Assembly (NCBI GenBank): GCA_964573935.1
Contig: CAZNLO010000001.1
Span: 13,571 to 77,570, forward strand
DNA length: 64,000 bases
Reading direction: 5' to 3'
Source: an uncultured Parvibaculum sp.
GTDB lineage: Bacteria; Pseudomonadota; Alphaproteobacteria; Parvibaculales; Parvibaculaceae
Each line of letters begins with the position of its first letter. The first letter of the stretch is position 1. The position numbers and the translations under genes were made by a program. The notes under the pieces are model-generated. The model was not told the DNA's origin. It saw only the letters and a program-made list of their open reading frames with translations, and made no database searches. Shown one piece after another: positions 46,882 to 54,736 of the stretch.

Positions 46882-48120
46882 ATGAGTGGAACCAAAATCA
46901 GTGTTGACACGCCTGCCGGCAAGGTTGAAGGCACATGCGACGAGAAATTTGCTCGTGTTGCAGATGCGTTTGTCGAGAACTTCACCAGCCGTGATGAAGT
47001 CGGGGCCAATGTAAGCATCACCCTTGAAGGGGAAACGGTTGTTGATCTGTGGGGTGGCAAGAAAACCCGTGATGGTGAAGCGTGGGCGCAAGACACGGTC
47101 TCGATTGTTTTTTCGTGTACGAAAGGCGCCACGGCGCTTTGTGCGCACATGCTAATCGATCAGGGCAAGCTCGACCTGAATGCCAAAGTGTCTGACTATT
47201 GGCCGGAATATGCCTGTAATGGCAAAGAAGAGACGACGGTTGCGATGATGCTCGACCATTCGGCCGGAGTGCCGCATGTGCGGGAGAAAATAAAAGAGAG
47301 TGGCTATAACGACTATGCATACATGGTCGGGCTCGTGGAAAAGGAAGAACCCTTTTGGGTGCCCGGTACGCGCAACGGTTATCACGGTGTGACATTTGCC
47401 TGGACGGTCGGGGAGCTGGTGCACCGGGCGGCCGGGAAACGGCTTGGTGCTTTTTTTGCAGATGAAGTGGCAGGTCCTCTTGGTATTGATTTTTGGATCG
47501 GTACCCCGGAGGAGGTGGAGGTGCGTGTTGCGGACATGATCCCGACACTGCCGGACGCTGAAGCGCCACTGACCCGTTTTATGGAGGCGGTTATGGGCGA
47601 CCCGGCTTCGCCCGCGCATTTATTTCTGTTGAATAGCGGCGGGTTTCATTTCAATTCCCGGGAGGCTCATGCGGCGGAAATCGGGTCGGCGAACGGTATT
47701 ACCAATGGGCGCGGGTTGGCGGCGATGTATGCGCCCCTGGCGAACGGCGGATCACTGAACGGCGTGAGGTTGGTTGGCGCTGATACGCTTGCGCGCATGG
47801 GCCGTGTTGCGATGGCGACCCATGATGATGCAACGCTGCTCGTGCCCTCACGGTTTGCTCTTGGGTTTATGAAGTCGATGGACAACCGGGCGACAGGCGT
47901 TCCCGATGCATCCGCCATTATGTCTGATGCGGCATTCGGCCATGTTGGCATGGGTGGCTCGATAGGCTTTGCTGATCCCGGTCTCCACATGTCGTTTGGC
48001 TATAATATGAACCGGATGGGGGTGGGTATCCTTTTGAACGACCGGGGTCAGTCGCTTATTGATGCTGCCTATCTCTCTCTTGGGTGCCGTTCCAATGTAA
48101 GCGGGTGTTGGGAGCTGTAG
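46882..48120 (+). CDS. Serine hydrolase (beta-lactamase/EstA family)
   Basis: FSCTK (SxxK), GYHG and FGHVGMGGS; start ATG 46882. Confidence 0.93.
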   Translation: MSGTKISVDTPAGKVEGTCDEKFARVADAFVENFTSRDEVGANVSITLEGETVVDLWGGKKTRDGEAWAQDTVSIVFSCTKGATALCAHMLIDQGKLDLNAKVSDYWPEYACNGKEETTVAMMLDHSAGVPHVREKIKESGYNDYAYMVGLVEKEEPFWVPGTRNGYHGVTFAWTVGELVHRAAGKRLGAFFADEVAGPLGIDFWIGTPEEVEVRVADMIPTLPDAEAPLTRFMEAVMGDPASPAHLFLLNSGGFHFNSREAHAAEIGSANGITNGRGLAAMYAPLANGGSLNGVRLVGADTLARMGRVAMATHDDATLLVPSRFALGFMKSMDNRATGVPDASAIMSDAAFGHVGMGGSIGFADPGLHMSFGYNMNRMGVGILLNDRGQSLIDAAYLSLGCRSNVSGCWEL

Positions 48121-48318
48121 GGTCAACCCGTAGAGAGTTTGTCCGTGGCCTGCGTCGAGATAGTTGTTTGAAAAGCCGATAGTTGTGAGATTGTTTTTGA
48201 ACGGCATGGCAACAACCACATGGTCGACCTCGATCAAGACCGGTTCCATACCCAGATGAGTACCGTAGAGAGAAAGAACGATTCTAGTTTTCAACATATC
48301 TTGGTGGGCTTGCTGCAT
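48121..48318 (-). pseudogene. PaaI/hotdog thioesterase remnant
   Basis: AAAGGA RBS, ATG 48318; HLGMEPVLIEVDHVVVAMPFKNNLTTIG joins directly to FSNNYLDAGHGQTL; the HGG...D core is missing; runs into the convergent gene. Confidence 0.55.
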
Positions 48319-48437
48319 GTTCCTTTTCCCGTTGCAACAGCCCGATTTGCTGTTCACCCTGGAGCCAGTTTACCTGAGATGTGACACCGTGCTTACATTC
48401 GCAATGGCCGCGTCTGGAGGTCCTTTATGAAAGTTAG

Positions 48438-49379
48438 TTGGTGACGGACAGCCCTAAATTTAGAGCGCAGACGCAAAAGGCGCGTTTCCTGGCACTGGCA
48501 CCCAATGTCCAGGGTGCCTTGTGGTTGCTGGGCTCTGCGGTACTGTTTACGGCGATGCAGGCAATGGCTAAACATCTGGGGCAGCGGCTGGACCCGTTTC
48601 AGGTGGCGTTGGCGCGCTCTTTTATCGGCCTTGTTGTCATTGTGCCGTTTCTTGCACGCGCGGGGTTTGGGCCCGGCGGGGTTTTGACAAAAGTATTGCC
48701 CCTTCAGTTGTTGCGCGGGATCGTGGGGACGCTTGCGATGTTGTGTGGGTTTTATGCGGTGATCTACCTGCCGCTAGCGGATGCGCAGGCCCTGAATTTT
48801 GCCCGCGGCCTTTTTCTGGTACCGCTCGCCATTCTCATATTAAAAGAAACTGTGGGCGGTCGGCGTATGGCGGCAATGGGGGTTGGGTTCCTCGGTGTTG
48901 TCATTATGCTGCGACCGACCGGGGAGATAGACCCTGTTGCGCTGATTGCACTGGCGGGAGCCGCGCTGGTGGCTTTTGCAACGGTGCTTGTGAAGATCGT
49001 GTCGCGTTATGACAGTCCAGTGACGCTGATGTTCTACACCTGCATTGTGGGAACGGTTGTTTCGGCTGTGCCTGCGGCGTTTAACTGGGTAGAGCCGACG
49101 GCTGGCGAATATGTGTTGCTGGCGGTAATGGGGGCGACGGGGGCGACGGCGCATAATTGTTTCATTCGCGGATATGCGGTGGGGGAGACGGTGGCGATTG
49201 CACCGTTTGAGTATTCCTCCCTTATTTTTGCGGCTGTTGCCGGTTTCCTGATTTTTGCAGATCTGCCGGATGGCTACACTATTTTTGGGGCGGTGATTAT
49301 TGTTGCGGCGTCTCTCTACATCGTGCGCCGGGAAGCGCAGGCAGCACGCAAAGGAAAAAGAGCCGGTCGTGAAGGTTAG
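48438..49379 (+). CDS. DMT/EamA family transporter
   Basis: About 10 TM segments; LILKETVG and IAPFEYSSL motifs. Confidence 0.92.
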   Translation: MVTDSPKFRAQTQKARFLALAPNVQGALWLLGSAVLFTAMQAMAKHLGQRLDPFQVALARSFIGLVVIVPFLARAGFGPGGVLTKVLPLQLLRGIVGTLAMLCGFYAVIYLPLADAQALNFARGLFLVPLAILILKETVGGRRMAAMGVGFLGVVIMLRPTGEIDPVALIALAGAALVAFATVLVKIVSRYDSPVTLMFYTCIVGTVVSAVPAAFNWVEPTAGEYVLLAVMGATGATAHNCFIRGYAVGETVAIAPFEYSSLIFAAVAGFLIFADLPDGYTIFGAVIIVAASLYIVRREAQAARKGKRAGREG

Positions 49380-49804
49380 TCATTTGAGGTGTCTGGTGCG
49401 GTATCCGGGGTGGGTTCCGGCAGGTCCAATGCGTTGCGTGCTGCGCGCGTGTGCCGCGGCTTAATGTGGGTCTGCACGATACTCAAAGCCATGAGGAGAA
49501 CGGTCGCATCGTCGGTAAAGCCAATGACAGCGAGAAAGTCGGGTACGATGTCGGCTGGCATGACGAAATAGGCCAGGGCCGCGAACAAGGTTGCGCGAAC
49601 CCGCATAGGCGTTTTGCGGTCTGTTGCACAGAAGTAGGCACTGGCGGCTTCTTCGGCAAAGGGAATGTGTGCACCAACCCGGACGAGCTTTTTCCAGAAA
49701 CTCAGCCGGACACGTTTTTCATTGCGCTCGATCACAGCAGGAAGCTGGATTTCGCCTGACTGAAAATCAGGAATGGTTGTGCTTTGGTGTCGTCTGTTTG
49801 CCAT
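49376..49804 (-). CDS. YkvA (DUF1232) family protein
   Basis: FWKKL, ALAYFVMPADIVPD and GFTDDA motifs; start ATG 49804. Confidence 0.92.
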   Translation of the reverse strand: MANRRHQSTTIPDFQSGEIQLPAVIERNEKRVRLSFWKKLVRVGAHIPFAEEAASAYFCATDRKTPMRVRATLFAALAYFVMPADIVPDFLAVIGFTDDATVLLMALSIVQTHIKPRHTRAARNALDLPEPTPDTAPDTSND

Positions 49805-50020
49805 GGTGGCGAGGATGGGCGGAAAATATGTTCTATGCAAGGCAAGGCAGCCCCTGCGTCAGCCCCCGCGTCAGCGACGGGCGTATTGCAAATATGCACT
49901 GAACCGAGGCTGGGGGCTCGCTTTTGGCCCAAAAAAACTGCTACATGGCCGCCAGATTGTTGTTCGATATTCACAAGGTTGAGCGCCTAGAAAAAGGCGC
50001 TAGAACAGGGAGATAAACCC

Positions 50021-50803
50021 ATGAAACTGGATTCTGGTATTAGCGCTGTCATAACCGGTGGTGCTTCGGGGCTTGGGGAAGCGACGGCACGCGCGCTTGC
50101 CGCTGATGGCGTAAAAGTGGCCATCTTTGATATGAACGCAGAAAAAGGCGAGGCCGTTGCCAAAGAACTTGGTGGTGTGTTTTGCAATGTCAATGTGACC
50201 GACGAAGCGACTGTTGATGCCGGGTTTGCCAAGGCGCGTGAGGCCGTTGGCCAGGAGCGTATTCTGGTGAATTGCGCAGGCACGGGCAATGCCATCAAAA
50301 CAGCCAGACGCGACAAGAAAACCGGCGAGATCACACATTTCCCGCTTGATGCGTTCAATCTGATTATTCAGATCAATCTGATCGGCACGTTTCGCTGCAT
50401 TGCCAAATCAGCGGCGGGCATGATGTCGCTTGATCCGCTGGATGGCGGTGAACGGGGAGCCATTGTCAACACGGCTTCAGTGGCAGCGGAAGACGGACAG
50501 ATCGGCCAGGCCGCTTATTCAGCCTCAAAGGGCGGTGTTGTTGGCATGACCCTGCCGATTGCGCGCGACCTGTCGCGTGAGGGTATCCGTGTGAATACAA
50601 TCCTGCCGGGTATTTTCAATACGCCGCTTCTGGCGGCTGCACCTGAGCAGGTGAAGCAGGCTCTGGGTATGCAGGTACCGTTCCCCCCTCGTCTTGGGGA
50701 GCCGGGTGAATATGCAGCCCTTGCCAAGCTGATGATTACGAACAGCTATTTTAACGGCGAAGACGTGCGTCTTGACGGGGCCATTCGTATGGCTCCTCGT
50801 TGA
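50021..50803 (+). CDS. SDR, 3-hydroxyacyl-CoA dehydrogenase type II-like
   Basis: TGGASGLG, NCAG, TASVAA, YSASKGG and RLDGAIRM motifs. Confidence 0.93.
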   Translation: MKLDSGISAVITGGASGLGEATARALAADGVKVAIFDMNAEKGEAVAKELGGVFCNVNVTDEATVDAGFAKAREAVGQERILVNCAGTGNAIKTARRDKKTGEITHFPLDAFNLIIQINLIGTFRCIAKSAAGMMSLDPLDGGERGAIVNTASVAAEDGQIGQAAYSASKGGVVGMTLPIARDLSREGIRVNTILPGIFNTPLLAAAPEQVKQALGMQVPFPPRLGEPGEYAALAKLMITNSYFNGEDVRLDGAIRMAPR

Positions 50804-50814
50804 TCTGAAAAAGG

Positions 50815-50846
50815 AAAGCCCCGCCACAATGGCGGGGCTTTTGTTT
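50815..50846. terminator. Bidirectional terminator
   Basis: AAAGCCCCGCCA-CAA-TGGCGGGGCTTT perfect stem. Confidence 0.85.
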
Positions 50847-50862
50847 GTGTGCGCGTTCACGC

Positions 50863-51036
50863 TCAGACGGTTAAATTGACTTTCGTGCCAGTGCCGGGTG
50901 GAGGCGCTTTTACAGTTGCTTCCTGAATGGCGCTGGCGAATGCCTGATCGGCCTCGAAGGTTTTTTTCAGCGCGACACTTGAAAGTGAGAGCTGGGTCTG
51001 TGCCTGGTTGAGTGTTGCGTTGGCGCTAACATTCAT
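50863..51036 (-). CDS. Small YjfB-like (putative motility) protein, 57 aa
   Basis: MNVSANA...VALKK...PPPGTGTKVNLTV; C-terminal GT..NLTV pattern. Confidence 0.65.
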   Translation of the reverse strand: MNVSANATLNQAQTQLSLSSVALKKTFEADQAFASAIQEATVKAPPPGTGTKVNLTV

Positions 51037-51121
51037 ATTGTGCTGCCTCGTATTACGGGGGCCCCTTCCATCAGGGTAGCGGCGCAAATCTTTCCAAAAG
51101 CTTTACAAAAAGGCTGGCGGC

Positions 51122-51448
51122 TCACCCTGTCTTTCCGGCTTTTTCGACCCGTCCGGCCTTTCCGGCCAGCCTGTCCATGGTTTTTGCGAGTTTAATGTCT
51201 TGTTCGCTGACGCCGCCCGCGTCATGGGTAATTAGGGTTACGCTTACCGTACGGTAAACATTGAACCATTCAGGATGGTGGTTCATCTGCTCGGCAACAA
51301 GTGCGATGCGGGTCATCCAGCCGAACGCCTCGTTGAAATTTTTGAAGAGGAAGCTCTTCTCGATCGCGTTGCGGCCACGCACTTTCTTCCAGCCTGTCAG
51401 GCCAACCAGTGCCTGGCGCCGAGCCCTATCGGTCAGTTTTGTCGTCAT
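51122..51448 (-). CDS. phhB: Pterin-4-alpha-carbinolamine dehydratase
   Basis: [14 protein letters not shown] and THDAGG motifs; start ATG 51448 with GGAAG RBS. Confidence 0.93.
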   Translation of the reverse strand: MTTKLTDRARRQALVGLTGWKKVRGRNAIEKSFLFKNFNEAFGWMTRIALVAEQMNHHPEWFNVYRTVSVTLITHDAGGVSEQDIKLAKTMDRLAGKAGRVEKAGKTG

Positions 51449-51468
51449 TGCTGCTTCCTTTCTGGTCA

Positions 51469-52041
51469 TCATGACAGGTCTGGGAGGGGCGTGCGCGTGT
51501 CTGCACCCAGCGGGTACGTGCGCTCGGCAATGTAAGGGCCGCCGCCCCTGCCTGTGCGTGCCGAAAAAAGCACGGTTTGCCGGACAGTAAAGGCTGGTTC
51601 GTGGAACAGGTTGTTCTGCTCGATGTAGCGCATGACGTTGGTGGCTCTGGTCTGGCGATTTGTCAGCCGGGCAAGGGTGATGTGAGGCAGGTATTTTCGG
51701 GTTTCCGGTGGGAGCCCCATTTTTTGCAGGGCGTTTTCCTGGAGCATCTGCAAGGCAGCCAGAGGCGCGCTGTTTATGATGCCGGCCCATACGGCCAAAG
51801 GCCTTTTGTTTCCGAACTGGCCCGTTCCGCGCAGTTCAACCTCAAAGGGGTCTGCGTGTATGCCAGACAGTATCTCGTCTATTTCGCTGGCCGTGTCTTC
51901 AGAAACGTCACCGATAAAGCGGAGGGTGATATGAAAACTCTCAGGTTCTATCCACCGGGCACCGGGCAGGCCCGATTGCAGGCGCTGCAAGCGCCCGGCG
52001 ATTGCGCGGGGAATTTCAAGACCGGTAAACAGGCGGATCAT
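51469..52041 (-). CDS. thpR: RNA 2',3'-cyclic phosphodiesterase (2H family)
   Basis: RLFTGL; two HxT motifs (HITLRF, PHITLAR). Confidence 0.93.
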   Translation of the reverse strand: MIRLFTGLEIPRAIAGRLQRLQSGLPGARWIEPESFHITLRFIGDVSEDTASEIDEILSGIHADPFEVELRGTGQFGNKRPLAVWAGIINSAPLAALQMLQENALQKMGLPPETRKYLPHITLARLTNRQTRATNVMRYIEQNNLFHEPAFTVRQTVLFSARTGRGGGPYIAERTYPLGADTRTPLPDLS

Positions 52042-52093
52042 TGTCAGCTCCCAAAAGTGACCCCCGTCCACTTTCCGTGGACGTACGCGTGTC

Positions 52094-53143
52094 TTACGGG
52101 CACGGGTTGGGCAGTGCGTAGTGCACCGCGTTCAGCTCTTTCTCCAGTTCCTCATCTATTGACAGGTCAACAGATGTTACCGCGAGCTTCAACTGTTCCA
52201 TCGTGGTTGCGCCAATAATGTTGGAGGTTACGAAAGGTCTGGTTGTCACAAACTGATTGGCCATTTGCGAGGGATCCAGGTTCCACTTTTTGGCGACGGC
52301 GAGGTATTTGTCGATGATGGCCTCAACGCCTTCCCACTCATAGCGCTGCAGCCGGTCGAAGAGCTGTTTGCGGGAGCCTTGGGGCAAGGCCCCTTTCTGG
52401 TACTTGCCTGTGAGAAACCCCTGGGCGAGGGGCGAGTAGGCGAGCAGGCCAACCTGGTCGCGCATGGCGACCTCTGCGAGGCCAACTTCAAATGTGCGGT
52501 TCAACAGGTTGTAAGCGTTTTGAATGGACTGGACGCGGGGCAATGCATCTATCTCAGAGTGATGAAGGAACTTCATCGTTCCCCATGCGCTTTCGTTGGA
52601 CAGGCCGATCCAGCGTACCTTGCCACTTTTTACAATGTCGCCAAGTGTTTCCAATACCTCGGCGATCTTGTTGGTTTCGTCGCCGTAGTGGATGTACCCC
52701 CCCCCGGGCGGTCCGCCAAAACTATTGATCGGTCGGTCGGGCCAGTGAAGTTGATAGAGGTCAATATAGTCTGTTTGCAGACGCTTAAGGCTTGCGTTGA
52801 CGGCCTCGTTGAGTTGCTCTTTTGTGTGTTCTGTTTTGGCACCATCTTCACGCAGCCAGGTAAAAGGTGCGCGCCCTGCGGCTTTTGTCGCAAGGATGAT
52901 TTTATCGCGATTGCCGTTCTGTTTGAACCAGGACCCGATTATGCGTTCTGTCGACCCCTGGGTTTCGGGCTTTGGCGGCACTGCATACATTTCTGCAGTG
53001 TCGAAAAAATTGATGTCCATCGAAACGGCATAGTCCATCTGTTCGTGGCCCTGTGCCTCGGTGTTCTGCTGGCCCCAGGTCATGGTGCCCAGGCAAATTT
53101 CACTGACCTGCTGGCCGGTGCGGCCTAGTTCACGACGCTTCAT
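52094..53143 (-). CDS. Aldo/keto reductase (Tas-like)
   Basis: CLGTMTWG, DTAEMY, LATK, YQLHWPDR and GLSNE motifs. Confidence 0.93.
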   Translation of the reverse strand: MKRRELGRTGQQVSEICLGTMTWGQQNTEAQGHEQMDYAVSMDINFFDTAEMYAVPPKPETQGSTERIIGSWFKQNGNRDKIILATKAAGRAPFTWLREDGAKTEHTKEQLNEAVNASLKRLQTDYIDLYQLHWPDRPINSFGGPPGGGYIHYGDETNKIAEVLETLGDIVKSGKVRWIGLSNESAWGTMKFLHHSEIDALPRVQSIQNAYNLLNRTFEVGLAEVAMRDQVGLLAYSPLAQGFLTGKYQKGALPQGSRKQLFDRLQRYEWEGVEAIIDKYLAVAKKWNLDPSQMANQFVTTRPFVTSNIIGATTMEQLKLAVTSVDLSIDEELEKELNAVHYALPNPCP

Positions 53144-53196
53144 GGTGATCCCCCCAGTATGGTGTTGGTCTTTTATTGATAGGTTGTTTGATGATG

Positions 53197-53901
53197 TCAG
53201 TTGATGGCCGGTGCGGCACTTTGTGTATCAGCTGCTATGGAAACGATCAGCCGTTCAACGGTTGGCAGAATATTATCCACGATAAGGGCCACCCCTTCCT
53301 GCGTTGGATGAATGCCGTCGGGTAGATTGAGTTCCGGGTTGGCAGCGACCCCCTCCAGAAAGAAGGGGTAAAGTAGCACGTCGTGTTTTTCCGCAAGGTC
53401 CGGGAAAATTGTATCGAAGTCGGCGGCATAGGCATCGCCCATATTGGGGGGTGCACGCATACCCGCGAGCAACACTTTGATACCGCGTTCTTCCATGCGT
53501 ATCAAAATGGTTTCAAGGTTGGCCCGGGTCACGTGTGGCTCGATGCCGCGCAGGGCGTCGTTTGAACCAAGTGTCAGGATGAGAATGTCAGTTCCAGGAG
53601 CCACCGCCCAATCAAGGCGTGCCAGACCCCCGGAGCTTGTATCGCCTGAAACACCTGCGTTCATGACATTTACCAGATATCCCTCGGTGTCGAGTGCATG
53701 GGCTAACTGTTCGGGGAAGCCTGCATCGGGAGGCAGCAAATAGCCCGCCGTCAGGCTGTCGCCAAGAGCAACGATTTTAACGGGGGCTGAATGTTGCGGG
53801 TCTGCGTTCGCGCTCACAGGCAGCCAGAGCATCAGGCCCAGAAGGCCTGCCCAGAATGTTTTTTGGATTTTGGCGCCTGTTTTGTGGTGTTTGTCTCTCA
53901 T
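53197..53901 (-). CDS. Arylesterase/thioesterase (GDSL, TesA-like)
   Basis: Intact GDSL, GSND and DGIHP motifs. Confidence 0.93.
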   Translation of the reverse strand: MRDKHHKTGAKIQKTFWAGLLGLMLWLPVSANADPQHSAPVKIVALGDSLTAGYLLPPDAGFPEQLAHALDTEGYLVNVMNAGVSGDTSSGGLARLDWAVAPGTDILILTLGSNDALRGIEPHVTRANLETILIRMEERGIKVLLAGMRAPPNMGDAYAADFDTIFPDLAEKHDVLLYPFFLEGVAANPELNLPDGIHPTQEGVALIVDNILPTVERLIVSIAADTQSAAPAIN

Positions 53902-54016
53902 ACCATCCCATATAGGCTTGTAAGCCCCTGATAAAAGGCCATATCAGCCGATCTTTGCAGTTTATGCTAGGGCTTGAGCCGGCTCAATACATAAGCTCGT
54001 TCACAGCGGAAGGATA

Positions 54017-54736
54017 TTGCCCCACGTGTCTGATCCCATCATTCGACTTGACGACCTTAAACTTACCCTGCCGAGTGCGGCGGGTGAGGTCAACATCCTT
54101 CGGGGCCTTTCTCTTGATGTTGCTCATGGGGAGGCTGTCGGTCTGGTCGGGCCGTCGGGCTCGGGAAAAAGTACGCTGCTCATGGTGCTGGCGGGTTTGG
54201 AAAAACCGACAAGCGGGCGCGTTGAGGTGGTGGGCCAGGATATGGGCGCTTTGAATGAAGATGCGCTTGCGCTTTTCCGGCGTGACCATGTGGGGATCGT
54301 TTTTCAGTCATTTCATCTGATCCCGACCATGACGGCGCTGGAAAATGTCGCGGTCCCTATGGAGCTGGCCGGGCGGGCGGACGCTTTTGTGCGTGCCGAA
54401 GAAGAGCTCGCTCAGGTCGGGCTTGGTCACCGTCTGACGCATTATCCCGGCCAACTGTCGGGTGGGGAACAACAGCGTGTGGCTCTTGCGCGCGCGGTTG
54501 CCGGGGATCCGAAAATCCTGATGGCCGATGAGCCGACCGGTAATCTCGACGGGACGACCGGCGACCAGATCATTGAACTGATGTTTGATCTTCATGACAA
54601 ACGAGGGACCACGCTTATTCTCATCACTCATGATACGCAGCTTGCGGAGGCCTGCGACCGGGTGGTGCACCTTAAAGATGGGCTGATCGACAGGATCGAG
54701 CCGGGAAGACGGACGCAGCGGGCGGCTGCTCAATGA
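54017..54736 (+). CDS. ABC transporter ATP-binding protein (YbbA-like)
   Basis: [24 protein letters not shown] and H-loop. Confidence 0.95.
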   Translation: MPHVSDPIIRLDDLKLTLPSAAGEVNILRGLSLDVAHGEAVGLVGPSGSGKSTLLMVLAGLEKPTSGRVEVVGQDMGALNEDALALFRRDHVGIVFQSFHLIPTMTALENVAVPMELAGRADAFVRAEEELAQVGLGHRLTHYPGQLSGGEQQRVALARAVAGDPKILMADEPTGNLDGTTGDQIIELMFDLHDKRGTTLILITHDTQLAEACDRVVHLKDGLIDRIEPGRRTQRAAAQ

